The notes beneath the pieces are model-generated. The model was not told the DNA's origin and ran no database searches. It was given only the letters and a program-made list of their open reading frames with translations. Both the position numbers and the translations under genes were made by a program. A stretch of 64,000 bases of DNA from Owenia fusiformis (Eukaryota), in NCBI GenBank assembly GCA_903813345.2, contig CAIIXF020000001.1:25916001-25980000 (forward strand), in the 5' to 3' direction. This document shows, piece after piece, positions 37,459 through 51,047 of this stretch (positions within the stretch are counted from its first letter, which is position 1; each line of letters starts with the position of its first letter).

Positions 37459-40065
37459 CAGGGTGGGCCAAAAAAAACCACCCCCCTAGCCATTAATTCT
37501 GATAAATATTTATTTTTTAACATGTACACGAACAATGATATATCATTTTAAAGATAATTTAATTTGCAACAAAATGATATACAAGGGGCGATCCATATAT
37601 TCTGATAAAAATGCTCTAATTTTGTGATTTTTTCACATATCCCTCTCATTTTTTCAGAAAATGTAGATTATGTAATTACACATACAATGCTAAAATATTA
37701 TAGCTATATCTTAAATTATCAATGAGATAAGGCTGCCATGGTAACCTGTATTAAGGGTAGGCAGGTCAATTTAATTAAAGCATATAAATATCAAAATAAC
37801 TTGTTATTTTAATTATTTTAAAGCATACAGAAATCATGCATTTTTTCTAAAAAAGTTTGGTATTGTTACTCATTGTTTGTTGCTAAACAAATGTTTATAT
37901 GTGCTCACTATAACATCACAACAAATCACAATAGCATTGTAGGACAGAATGGGCCAATTGACATTACATGTTATGAGACACACCAAAAATCAAATTGTCA
38001 GATTAGGTTAATGTGGCTGATGCAGAGTGTCACATTAACGGATACATTAGGGAATACCATTAGAATTGATTTTCTTTCAAGAATAAGTAAGAGGACACTT
38101 TCAGAGACATTCATGGACTCATAAAGTGCATGGGCAAGGTGTTATATCTGCATAAAGAATATATAGGTAGTATTGTAAAGAGGAAAGCATGGTCACTGTT
38201 GAAGATCATCCGCAATCTGGTTGTAAGAAGAGCTTGCGGACAGAGAATAACACTACGATAAATTGAGATGTTACTTATCAAAAGATAGCTATCCCACTGT
38301 ATAAATTATCAAACAAGGGCAACAGGGGTATGGAACAGATCAATGAATAGTTGACAATGACTGGAAGATGCGTTTGATCTGCTTAAAATAGGTACCGAGG
38401 AATGATTAAATTAACATATTTATCTATTTTAGACATTATAATTTAACTGACCTGCCTACCCTAAAAACAGGTTACCATGGCAACCTTATTTCAAAATTAA
38501 TTTAAGATACAGCTAAAATATTTGAGCATCGTATGTGTAATTACATAATCTACATGTTCTGAAAAAATGAAAGGGATATGTGAAAAAATCACAAAATGAG
38601 AGCATTTTTATCAGAATATATGGATCGCCCCTTGTATAATAGAACAGTTTTCAACAACCCTGGCTTGAGATATAACAATTTATGTGACATGGGGGTCAAA
38701 AAACACCTTTTCAATTTTCATCGATTTTGCGAACAATAGCCAATTTCTACCAAATTTTACTGTTCAGTTAAAAATTGCAACATTGTCATGAGTCTTTCAT
38801 TATTGGAGATTATACATGTTTTCATTCAGGTTTTGAATCATGCATGCTCAATAAACATGTGAATGCTTATAAAACCAATTCATTTCTTCTTCAGTCTGTC
38901 CAAATATGGCTCAATAGACCCGCCACCTGACCCATCCTCTGATCAGATTATTCGCTTAAGACGAGGAAGCCATTGGTTGATGGCATAATTGATGGATGGA
39001 TGCGGAAGTACCATTCAATTGCTAGTTATTCTTTGTTTTAGTTACTCAACATCCCTAATAGGCTGGGTATCTTTAAATACCAACTTTTCTAGATGCCCCC
39101 AGGTATGGTAATCAACATTATTGGCATCTGGACTGCCAGTAAGCCATTTGTCCGGGCTAGAGATTGCGTCATTTCGAATCTCCAAAAACTCGAGGGTAGC
39201 ATTGGACCTGTGTGATGAAGCACTTCCTATCAGAAAATGAAATTTCTTTCACATGTTTTTTATATCCTTGAGAAATCCTTTTTAATATCTCATGTCATTA
39301 GCATTCAGAGTATATTTTTGCTCCTAGTTCAACAAAACAGGGCCTGCATGTTTTGGGAAACACCGAGTGGACACCACTACCCTTTCAGAAAAATGTCATC
39401 TCGATTTGAGTAGCCTTTTATCGCAAATGTCCCTATTCTTGCTTGATATATAGACTCTATCCTGTTGATTACATGTATAGTACTTGGGGCATTTAAAACA
39501 GTTGGTCTATGAAGATCACTAGCCTATCAGGGATGTACACAAACTGAAAGAATGAATAATTAGGAGTTTGATGGTACTTCCGCAGAGATCCATCAATTAT
39601 ACCAATGGTTTTCGTGTCTCTAGCGAATAATCAGATCAGAAGGTGAGTCCGGGGGTGGCTCTATTGAGCCATATTTGGACAGACTGAAGAAGAAATGAAT
39701 TTGTTTTATAAGCATACACATGTTTATTGAGCATGCATGGTTCAAAAAATGAATGAAAACAATATATAATATCCAATAATGAAAGACACATGACAATGTT
39801 GCAATTTTTAACTGAACAGTAAAATTTGGTAGAAATAGGCTATTGTTCGCAAAATCAATGAAAATTGAAAAGGTGTTTTTTGACCCCCATGTCACATAAA
39901 TGATTATATCTCGAGCCAGGTCTGTTGAAAACTGTTCTATTATATATCATTTTGTTGCAAATTAAATTATCTTTAAAATGATATATCATTGTTGGTGTAC
40001 ATGTTAAAAAATAAATATTTATCAGAATTAATGGCTAGGGGGGTGGTTTTTTTTGGCCCACCCTG
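37459..40065. mobile_element. Rearranged Tc1/mariner-superfamily (maT/DD37D-like) element, 2607 bp, TA TSD, ~125-bp TIRs
   Basis: TA|CAGGGTGGGCC...GGCCCACCCTG|TA; contains degenerate transposase fragments. Confidence 0.88.
38880..39243 (-). pseudogene. Degenerate transposase catalytic/C-terminal fragment (DD37D-like)
   Basis: Reads FHFLIGSASSHRSNATLEFL...KWLTGSPDANNVDYHTWGHLEKLVF...IRDVE*LKQRI...INYAINQWLPRLKRII...GGSIE. There are 37 residues between the (mutated) QDGA position and the D of DY. Confidence 0.75.
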
Positions 40066-40124
40066 TATTTGGCACTAGGATAAACTATTAAATAGAGAAA
40101 GCTATTAAGCAAAAGTGCACATAC

Positions 40125-40223
40125 CTCCTAGTTGCAGAGTTGCTGTCCACAGATGACATGTCAAGGGACCTACTGAGGGAGGCATCGGGGAAACCATTAT
40201 GTACAGGAGTGGGGGTAGGGGGG
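40125..40223 (-). CDS. Dyb: Dystrobrevin coding exon 9 (PPTPTPVHNGFPDASLSRSLDMSSVDSNSATR)
   Basis: ORF track 40088..40270; ttacag acceptor, gtatgt donor; 99 nt, phase 2-2; continues HIV|PP as in dystrobrevins. Confidence 0.85.
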
Positions 40224-40676
40224 CTGTAAGTAGAGCAACAGTTATTACATCTACAGCCCAGCATCATCATTCATTCAAGTAGTGCTAGAATACACCAAAT
40301 CATTGAGTTTGCACGAAATATAATCTCACTTCCAGCTATTACAAATTACATCCAAAAAGTATATGGACTTTGTCCCGCAAAATATCAGCGTCCCTCATTC
40401 GATTGGACTAATGAACAATGATAGCTCGGTTTTTATGTCACTTAAGTTTCACAAGTTGCTTGGTTCGGGAAAGGCACTGAAAGTTATTATCACAGAGGCA
40501 CTGAACATTGCTAATGGTTATTTCCATGTGGTCCTGGAAAGGTAAATGTTTGATGTGGTTATATTAGTGGTCACAGTCGTTGTAAAAAAGCGTTATTTAA
40601 ATGGTTTATAGTTTCTTGATGCGTACTGTTAATATTAAAATTGGATCTACAAAGGCATTTAGTGAGAATTTTCAGG

Positions 40677-41020
40677 AAGTCTGCCTCCTGTACACAAAAT
40701 GTAATCTGCTACATGTATAGGAATCTGCTGCCAGAACAATATGTACAGGAATCTGCTACATCTACAGGAATATGCTACCAATATATTACATGTACAGGAA
40801 TCTGCTTCCAATACTACATGTATAGGAATCCGCTACATATACAGGAATCTGCTACCATTATCTAGTGTACAAGAATCTTCTACCAGTACATATACAGGTT
40901 GTGTGACCAATACTGCATGTACAGGAATCTGCTACCAAAACTAGACCATATATAGGAATCTGCTACCCAGGAATCTGCTTCAAATACTGCATGTAAAGGA
41001 ATCCGTTACCAGTATTAAGA
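40677..41020. repeat. Degenerate ~20-30 bp minisatellite (aggaatctgctacc...)
   Basis: Recurring ggaatctgct motif. Confidence 0.8.
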
Positions 41021-42299
41021 GTACAAGATGATGTCGAACTTTTGGCAATAATAGATTCAGAATTCTATAATGAATGGTATTTTGTACCACTAGGAATACC
41101 AGAAGGAATATTTACAGTCTCAAAAGACCAATGTGAATCTATAATACTATATCAGGTGTAAGCAACAGCTATATGCATGTCTTTGATAAATGGAGTCTAC
41201 TTGATATTAGCTGTAGTAGCATCAGTTCCTCTATCCATTGTAGGCCATCAGCAGTAAGCTAATACAAGTCCTGTATCTAAGTAAACAATACTTTCCTTAT
41301 ATATCTAGGCCAATCAAAATCCAATTTAATTCTTGGCCCATTACATTTATTTTTTGGACAAATCCAATTTCTATATGATTGCACTGTCCTAAGTTCCTCG
41401 TAAGAAATAATGAATCCGTTATAATATTTGCTTTAATATCTTTCATTCATGAAACTTTAATGATGACAAGCCCGTACTATAAAAATAATAGTCGCTTCTA
41501 ATCTTCATAAAACTCCTTTATTTTTGATGTGTCCAATGTGAACTGACTTGGAATCTGACTTATTGCTAATAATACATCGGTTTACGTCAATGCAATTCTT
41601 GATCATAATCTACCCTGTTTTATTCCATACATAGGAAATCATTCCAGTGATAGTGTATATTGCAGGATATAGTCTGATTGGCCTGTCACTTGCATCTCTC
41701 TTACTTTCTGCATTCCATCCCCATTCTATTCTTTCATTTTATATTGTTTTGTCACCCTCACTTAAAATCAACACTACTTTCAATTGATGATCTCATATGC
41801 TGTTCTTAGAAAATAGCAACAAAAACAGTCTATAGAATACTTCTTATAATAAAGTAAGGTTAGTGTATAGTGTATCTAATGATTTTTTTACTTCACGTCC
41901 TTCATTAAGTGTCCCTAATTACATCAGAAGACAATATCTAACAACGCCTACTTGTGTGGCATACACCGGATCAACTCCCTAGGATACATATTTATTAATG
42001 CCTAGAAAGTGCAAACACCTCGCAATATAGCAGAAAATTAAATGAACAGAAAAGTTGATTGCTGTTTATAAGGTCATTGTTGCAAATGTTAGAGATATTG
42101 GAAATGCTATTCCAGAAAATGGAAATGCATACAAATAACATCATATACAATCATGAGGAATGACTCGGTATATTCCTTTGTGAATATTTGATATTTCATC
42201 GTAAATACGTTTTGTGGCCATTTATGAAATTGATGATGAAGTCTGGTTATTTAGGGTGTTAAAAATGATTATGCTAAAGCAAAATATACAATGAACATA

Positions 42300-42477
42300 C
42301 AGTCAAACCTGTCTAAGTGGAACACATTTCGTTCCTCTAAAAGCTATTCTTCTTGGGAGGTGTTCCACTTACAGAGGTTCATTTAACATTTTAAAACAGT
42401 TGGTTTTGGGTCTCTGAAAAATATTCCACTAACAGAGGTGTTCCACTTCTAGGTGTTCCACTTTACAGGTTTCACTG
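42300..42477. mobile_element. pogo/Tc1-type MITE, 178 bp, TA TSD
   Basis: TA|CAGTCAAACCTGT...ACAGGTTTCACTG|TA with internal gtgttccact repeats. Confidence 0.8.
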
Positions 42478-45400
42478 TATTACAATTCCCTTGTGTGAGC
42501 ATTCATCCTCTGAATTGGAATCCTGAATCTCCATTCACTAGTCACACTTCCCTCTGACTATTTTGATGCTGATAATATCTTTAGAGTTTCAAATGTACCT
42601 TATATGGCATTTTATAGAAATCTTAATGTGAAATGGATTAGCTACTTATTTGCAGAAAATGTAGTGTCATTGATTTTCTGATTGCATTATTCTGATTAGG
42701 TATATGCTGCATCAAAACATTAACTGTAATTTTGAGAGTAAGGCCAACCTCTGGCTAAGAGTATTGAAACAACAAGTAGTCAGAATAAGAACTCAAGGAT
42801 ATACAGCGAGCAGTAACCCCATTTGGCTAAAAGTGTTCAAACTGAAAGGTATTCACATTTGGAGGTTCTACCAACAGGAGACAATAGATATTCAAAATGG
42901 AAAAACAATAAGTGTTCAGTAAGAGAATGTATTCTAGTATTTCTGTCTTCTCTGATAAATGTAATTACCTTCAACCATCACATTGACCATCATTCACTTC
43001 TATTAATTACATCACTGGCCTTTTCAGACAAGACACTAATGATTTTCCAGAGATATATAGGTTAATTAATCACTTTGAAACATCAGAGGTCCGAGACACA
43101 TCATTGCTCACAACCACATCATTTGTCCTTGACACACCATTGGAGACTCTTACTGACACACCATTAATCTTAATAGATATCCACAGCTTATGTGAACAGT
43201 TATAAAAATTTAAACATAGACGTAGAAAACAATATTCGAAACATCATGCACATTTAAATGAAACATGGATTTTTTTTGTTCGATACCCAGTCAGAAATTC
43301 ACAGATTTCTAACCTCATTATGTATTATCTTTTATTGGGAGTAAAAAATAAATGACATGTCAAGATGAGCATCAAACATTTATAAGAAACTTTCATTTTT
43401 CTAAAGAAGATCTAATATACAACAATGTGTCAATGTATATTCTAGATCTGCATCCTCTTGGTAATCAGATTTTTTCCTAATAAGGTCATTTTCATGCACA
43501 TTCATCCTAATTCTGTCAACTGGGATTATACAACTGAAAAAGGCTAAATAAGCGTTAAAGTGCATTTTCGTATCTGCTCGGTCTGTAGAGGTTCTCCATA
43601 TAAACAGTCTTTATGGGAGGATATTTAACGTGAATGCAAAATGTGAGCAATTGCAAAAATTTAGAAAATGTGAAAACTTTGAAAACTTGACATGAGAAGC
43701 CTTTATATCGCACAAGATTAAGCAGCTTGGAAATTAATGAGTGTCAAAATCTTAGTGATGCACTGGATGTGATGTTTTGGCCAGAGGGGATTTAGCTGAT
43801 GCTGTACCAATTGAAGCCAAAATAGTGAAACTTGAAATATATTGCATTTACAGGTCACAAATTGTAACTTCAATGGGCTAACTAATAACATACACATTCA
43901 AAAATTAAGCACATAGGTTATGCATTTCAATTTATAAAAAAAAGAAAATGAGCTATAAACATTGCACTTAGAAAAGCAAGATGGCAACCATTTTATTTAC
44001 CCAGCATGCCTAAAACCTAAATAAGTTCTTGCATCTTTAAAAATTTCAAGTTCTATGGATAAATGGTTTTCCTTATTTTGTTGAGAAGATTTATGTGGTG
44101 CCCGCCTGCCCAACAATGACAAGATGACAATGTAACGCTTTCCAAAGGGCACTAAAAGAAACAATTTGTGCCATATTCAAAGCAAATTAAAACCTGAGAC
44201 AGCAAACATCTACACCTAGCTACAATGAGAAAAAACGTTTAAAATGAAACAAGTCTCATCAGATACGCATTCTTTGCCATGACTCAACTACTCAAAAGAA
44301 TGAGATGACATGACACGAACACAAGTACGAACATTATGACTTTTATATAGCTATCACTTACAGGCCTGATCCATGCTTTATGGCAGATCTCCAATCCATG
44401 TAGAGAATAAGCACATATGAAATCTCTCCAATCCATTTGATTGAAGAGATTATGAGTGTTTTAACATAGAGCAAAAGTGGGAAAAATACCCTCAGGATGT
44501 GGATAGTTATTGATATATTCACACAGAATAAATCAGCCATTATATATAAATATAAGGCATTAATATGCAAAATATCACCACCTGTCATTTGTTACAGACA
44601 CCATCTGCCAGCCACCAAGCACTGACCGCTGAAAGCCAAATCTCAACCGCTGAAGGTGGCCAAACACTGACCACTGAATACAGTCCACAAAAAAGTTGGA
44701 GACTATAACACTTGTGGTAGTGAGAAAATAACCCTTAAAGGACAACTGAAATAGCTTTTCTCAACTTGCAGCTACAGAAATGCGGTTTTCTCCATTGTAA
44801 GCCCACCGTAAAGTTCTTGCGATAGCCATTATAAAATAAATGTTAGATAACTGCTAACGGTCATAGATAACGAAATAAAACTAACTGATAAATCAAATTG
44901 GCCCCCACGTGATTAGTAACGTCATATACAAAATATAGCTTTGGTTTATTGATTCCATAGTAATCGCAACGTCACAGCAACCATAGGATTGTTGTGTAAA
45001 CAAATAACAAAAGATTTTGGCATTGTGACGTCATGATCTAATGGACCAAAACGGGTCACGTGGGGACCAGTGAGAGATCACGTGGGGGCCAATAACGTCA
45101 CAACCAATTCGAATATTGCTTATTAAGCAGCTATAACGATCGTTAGAGTGAAATAGTTTTCACACTACTGATGAGAAAACATGCCCAAATACATCTATCA
45201 AAAATTATATTGATTCCTTTAGGTTAAAAATACCATTTCATATCTGCTTTAAGCATTCTGGTACTCATCATATATTTCTTTTTTCGAACCAGCAATCATG
45301 TAAATGATGTAATTGTAATTCATGGACACCCTGTATATCCAATAACATATCCAATAACCCCATATAAATGATTTAATCTCTTTCAATTTTTTTGATTTAT

Positions 45401-47065
45401 TTATGAGAAGTTTTCTATATAATGTTCTACTGGACCTTTAATTTGAACTCTATATAAATGTTCTCCTGGACCTTTAATTTGAACTCTATATAAAGCTTAG
45501 CAAATCTGGAAGTAAGATGTGGAATTCCCCCTCCCAAAAACCATTATCTGCTATCAAATTTTTCTTTATTTGAATTTCACACCAAGCAACCTTTTGCGAA
45601 TCGACAATATGTTATGGCATTCAATAATACTCAATAGAACCATTAAGTAAAAATAGTTGTAGTAAATAGTGCAGAAATGACATTTATATATTAGTTGTCA
45701 TATATTAAGATATATCGCTTAGTGCCTAGAATGTATGGTTTTATCATGAGAGTCTGGCTGACTAGATTAGACGATAATGTAATTGGACGTTGTAATCTTA
45801 TAACATATGCATGGCTTTTGTGATAGGTTAGGCCATCTATTTGATCATAATGCACAAGTTGTCAAGTATTGCAGATTCTGCTACGATCTTGAATTCAAGT
45901 GTAAAGATACGGCATGTTAGGAAGACGTGATGACATTAAGTTGAACTTTATATTCATTTTCCTCCTACTAGTATTCTGTAAATCAGATTCATAAATTCCA
46001 CTTAGTAATAGTATTAATGGATACTCAAAGATATTGTCAATTTGTGCAAGGTTATTTGGTGTAAAATCAAAATAAGTCAAGATTTTATGACCTAAAATGG
46101 TTCTAGTGGGATTTCTTCATAATAGCATCACTGATCTTTAAGGGAATGAGTCAAAAAGTACTATTGTCTTCAGGAAAGTAATATTCTTTGAAGGGAAAGC
46201 ACTATTCTCTGAAGGGAAAGTACTATTCTCTGAAGGGAATATATGAAGAAAAAGATAAATATGAAACTCTAACTTACATTACAAAATGCTGAGTACCAAA
46301 AACTGGTTTCTATAGCAATATTAATTGCTTCTTTGTTTTGAGGGTTCATTTCTTTATGGCTGGTCCGTACTCTTAAATATTATTATTGAATATTTTTTAA
46401 ATACCTTTCGGCATTTACGTTTATACATTTGTCAAAATACTCATGGCTTGTTCTAATGATTTGTGAATTTTTCATAATCAATGGGTACTGATGGGAATTT
46501 GGTTCAAGCAAGAGCTTAATCCTGTGAACCCGGGTCTTATTCCCTATAGCCAAAGTTTAACAGGTATTCACAGAAAATAAAATGAAATATTGGTTATAAT
46601 CCGTGATGTCTTTACTTTGTATAACTCTTCAAATGAGCAATTTGTGGTTTGATCATATCAAGCTGATGATTATGAGAATGTTCCACAGAATGAATGACAT
46701 TTAATACAACCAGCATATGGCAAAACTGATACTAAGTAATAGAAGGGTTTCAGTTACTAAAAGTGACTTCTCTTTCACCTACAAAATCAAATCAAAATCA
46801 TGCAGCAATAAAAAAAGATGCTAGTCAACTGTCTATTTCAGCTCTTGTATTTTTAGACTGAATTTATAATGTTATTACTAAATGCCATTGGTACTGTTGT
46901 TATTCCATAACATGGATATCAATGTAACAAAAATACATGGCTTAATCAGGGGCCATTTATCAGACATATTTGTTAAGTTGGAATTCCAGTAAACTGTTCC
47001 CTCACTATGATGTCATTATATCCATGGTTACAACAATTGATTTAGGAATTCTGAGTTCATGAATA

Positions 47066-47914
47066 CACCCTATGCAGACAGAGCCTGTGGGAAATATTGG
47101 GTGCGGAGCAAATGAGCGGAGGGTGCGGAGCTAACGGTTATTTTTGAATTTAAATTTTGGATATTTCTGAAACTAAGCCGTTTTGGGACTTCAAATATAC
47201 CAAGATATGTGTATTTGACACCAAATATCAATACAATTGTGAAAATAGTAGTGCAATTCATTATATAGCGACGCAGTGTGCCTTAAACCTTTCCCAGACC
47301 TATATATTTTGAAATTATCCTTTTAATACTGAGTCCCCAGCATTCATAAAAAATGGTGATCAAGGTGCACTATCCATACAAATTATTTTTGCATCTTGGA
47401 AGCCAGGCAGTAACTGTGTGATTTTATAAAAATTCGGAAATGTTCTTCAGATATGAGCCCCTCTAAATATTGGGTGCGGAGCAGCTCCATAAACGTAGCT
47501 CCGCACCCAATATTTAGAGGGGCTCATATCTGAAAAACATTTCCGAATTTTTATAAAATCACACAGATACTGCCTGGCTTCCAAGATGCAAAAATAATTT
47601 GCATGGGTAGTGTATCTTGAACACCATTTTTTATGAATGCTGGGGACGCAGTATTAGAAGGATAGTCTCAAAATATATAGGTCTGGGAAATGTTTAAGGC
47701 ATACTGCGTCGCTATAAAATGAATTGCACTACTATTTTCACAATTTTATTGATATTTGGTGTCAAATACACATATCTTGGTATATTTGAAGTCCCAAAAC
47801 GGCTTAGTTTCAGAAGTATCCCAATTTTAAATTCAAAAATGACCGTTAGCTCCGCACCCTCCGCTCATTTGCGCCGCACCCAATATTTCCCACAGGCTCT
47901 GTCTGCATAGGGTG
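47066..47914. mobile_element. Fold-back (fully palindromic) element, 849 bp, CAC...GTG ends, 5-bp TSD GAATA
   Basis: GAATA at 47061-65 and 47915-19; arms of ~415 bp; mirror ORFs 47070..47261(-) and 47719..47910(+). Confidence 0.9.
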
Positions 47915-48040
47915 GAATAGAAAAAAATATAAGCAGCCAAGCAAGAAAAAAAATCATGGCAAGCAAACTGTGTACTATCACATATTCGCTTAGAGGTGAT
48001 GGTTACCTTAGTAATAATAAAAACAAAAAAAATCACTTAC

Positions 48041-48165
48041 ACTATGTGTGTGAGGTCCAGTGTTTTCTCTGGTTCTTCAGGGAAATGTGGAATTTTGTTT
48101 GATTTTGCTGGCACACACCGGAATGATTTACGTAATGAATGGCCTATCTGTTTGGCAGGTGATTT
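48041..48165 (-). CDS. Dyb: Dystrobrevin coding exon 8 (KSPAKQIGHSLRKSF...FPEEPEKTLDLTHIV)
   Basis: ttccag acceptor, gtaagt donor, 125 nt; matches KSPAKKL...FPDQPEKPLNLAHIV. Confidence 0.94.
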
Positions 48166-49239
48166 CTGGAACAAAACAAATTGTACTGTACATTAAACGC
48201 AACGAATCCACTTCACAACTAAAGTTCAATATATTGAGCACTGTGTATAGTCCTACTCCAAGAGTATATACCCAACTAAGATGTCCAACACTTCATGACA
48301 CAAAAGGGAATATAATGAAGCTAAATATTAACCCTTTATAATTAATATGCCATTTTTAAAACTGCTTCACTAAGCTTGAACTCTTTTGGTTTGCTTTTGA
48401 TAATCTACGAAATATTTGCAATCCTTGTTACATGCTTTTGGCACTATTTATGTCACTTCTCTGGCATTATTATGCTATTCCTGGCACTATTTATTAGACT
48501 ATATATCTTTGGTACTATCTCTGCAACTTCTGCCACTATTCATATTATTCTGGCACTATTTGTAATCTTCATGTCACTATTCATATACTGTATAACCTTT
48601 GGCACTATTTGCACTTTTGATATTTATATCAGTATTACTTTAAAAAAAAACACCACATGTTTCATCCTTGATTGTGAAAGACTAAGAGATCGCCTATGTG
48701 AGGTAATTAAACATTGTTTGTCCCACAACGTCCATACTTAACGTAGGAAATCTCCATGGCAACGAGCGTATCACATATCACCCCAAGGATCCAATCACAA
48801 ATAGTTCTATGATGTCACTTGCTATATAGTGTAATTGTTTTTTCATGTCTAACAAGTTGAGAATTTCAAGTAATATCTAATATGGGGATAGGTATTATTG
48901 ATTGATAATGTGTAAACACGAAGCATGTGCTTTGATGGCTTCCAACATTTCAGCTGTTGAATTATTCAACATCATAAATCACAATGTTTTACTTTCTATG
49001 GAAATGGACTTGACTGGCAAAGATATCCAAGAATTGAAGTTATGTATTTCCCATTACAACTCAATCAATTTATGTGAGAGTCCAAATTCATAATCAGGGA
49101 AATATAAATGTGATGAAACTAGAAAACAACAACTCCACAGAATTGCATATGCACCGAACAAAACATATTTTATTAAATACTACACCCATAATGCGACGCC
49201 ATATATTAAATTTTTTCTTGAGCAGAGGTCTTATATTTT

Positions 49240-49452
49240 TTACGAAAAATGGTGGCCATTTTGAATTGAGTGGCCATATTGAAAATTCTCAAGCAGAGGT
49301 TCTACACCCATAAGGCATAAGCTTACAAAATTTGAACCAAATCCATCAACCAGTTACTGAGTTATCACCAGGACAAATGAACGAACGGACAGACAGACAA
49401 ACACACAGATGGCTTCTCTATATCCCTATGAACTTTGTTCAGTGGGATAATA
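49240..49452 (+). mobile_element. 3' part of a HINE-like repeat
   Basis: aaaatggtggccattttgaa motif, a (gaca)n-like microsatellite and a terminal imperfect hairpin atccc...gggat. Confidence 0.55.
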
Positions 49453-50880
49453 ACATTTACCAGTTTTAGAATATCCCCTCGTCCAAGAATAAAATTCAGA
49501 CACAAGATAAATCAGAGCGTAATAAACAAAAATGCTACCGTGACAACTAATAAATCAAATTATATTAAACAACAAATGAAAGATGCTACTTAGCAACCAG
49601 GGCCTGTAAAGTTGTGAACAACATACTGTAAATGACACTATGAGGTAATGAAATTGGCTATCTACAATCTAAAATTTGAGACACATCTTTAAATGTGCTA
49701 AGCCCTCATTTCAATATGTCAAGATGTTCCTTTATGCATATCTCTCATACACAAATGTGTAAAAGTAAAGAAGTTTTCATTAAAGGATGGGCAGACTGTC
49801 ACTGAAAATTTTCCCGTTAATTCCCATGAGACACATGCAATAGATATCACAATGTAAGTTCCACTTATTGCCTGTTCCGCTTTTCTGAAAACTCATTAAT
49901 CAAATGTATTAAATCATGCATCTTCAAGATTTTCAAATCTGCTTAATTCTTGAGCATTACCAAGATAAAATCAAATTATACTGAATAATTTTACATCCAA
50001 GGGAAGCTTGGTTAGAGAAGATGCAAGAATTGTCAACAGGAGCTGTTCTCATTTGCATTCAACAGTGATGGAACATCTCTATGGGTTATAATCAAGAAAA
50101 AACAGTGTCTTTAACTGAACCATCAATTTAGCTATAAATCATCATTCGCAGCTAAACGTTCATCCATATCAATGGCTCACAGTTTTACATGTTATGTCAT
50201 CTGATATTATGCTTGGAAGAAGAACAACAGATTTAATAGAGGAACTTCTAAGTTGATATTACGAAATCTATATAACTACCTGTTATACTTTCAAAAGATG
50301 ATACTTCACTGTTTGATTTATTATATCACATGAAGGTAAGAAATAATTTCCAGTACATGTATTCCATTTCCTGTACAAAAATACATTAATTCCAAGATTC
50401 TGAAGCTCATACATTCACTATGGCATATATAATTTATCTAATCATGGATCACAAAAATAACATAACATAACCTAAGAATATCCTGTAAATATTATCATAA
50501 GTATTTTCTTAAAATCACTGCATTATTCCTGCCAGTTAATTACCATTCCTTGCTCAAATGGAGTGTCAGGCAATCAATTACAATAACAAATGTGAATTAA
50601 CTGAAGGGAAACACCAATAATTGTCTCAGTTAGGACAGCCACTGTATATTGATATTCTACATCATACCTCTAATCTGTTTTAAGTATAACGTGCAACTAT
50701 TACAGAACAGAGCCCCAAAAATATGCAAAGGCTTCTACATTCGCTTAAAATTTAAAACTTTTGTGAGAATGTATTCTTTGGCCATAAAAATCTATAATAC
50801 TATTCATGTTGAGTTTAGAGTTCAGTTTGAGTAAATAAATCACATTGAGTACATTTTTCCCATTGAGTAGATGTACTTAC

Positions 50881-51047
50881 ATATGTTGAGTATTCTTTGA
50901 CTTCATGTTCATTGTTATGGTTACCAGAAGTCCGTCCTCGCCAAAAGCAGTCCTGACAGAGGTGGTAGTTATAGCAACGCTGGCATTTGTAGCGGAACCC
51001 AAGGAAAGACTCGCGATGGCAACCTTCACACTGCACTGGGTGAAAAA
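50881..51047 (-). CDS. Dyb: Dystrobrevin coding exon 7, ZZ zinc finger ([10 protein letters not shown]...[15 protein letters not shown]...KEYSTY)
   Basis: ORF track 50815..51036; ZZ cysteine pattern; tttcag acceptor, gtaagt donor, 167 nt. Confidence 0.97.

Noticed and set aside
47070-47910. Two near-identical 63-aa ORFs on opposite strands
   Set aside because: Mirror images created by the palindromic element.
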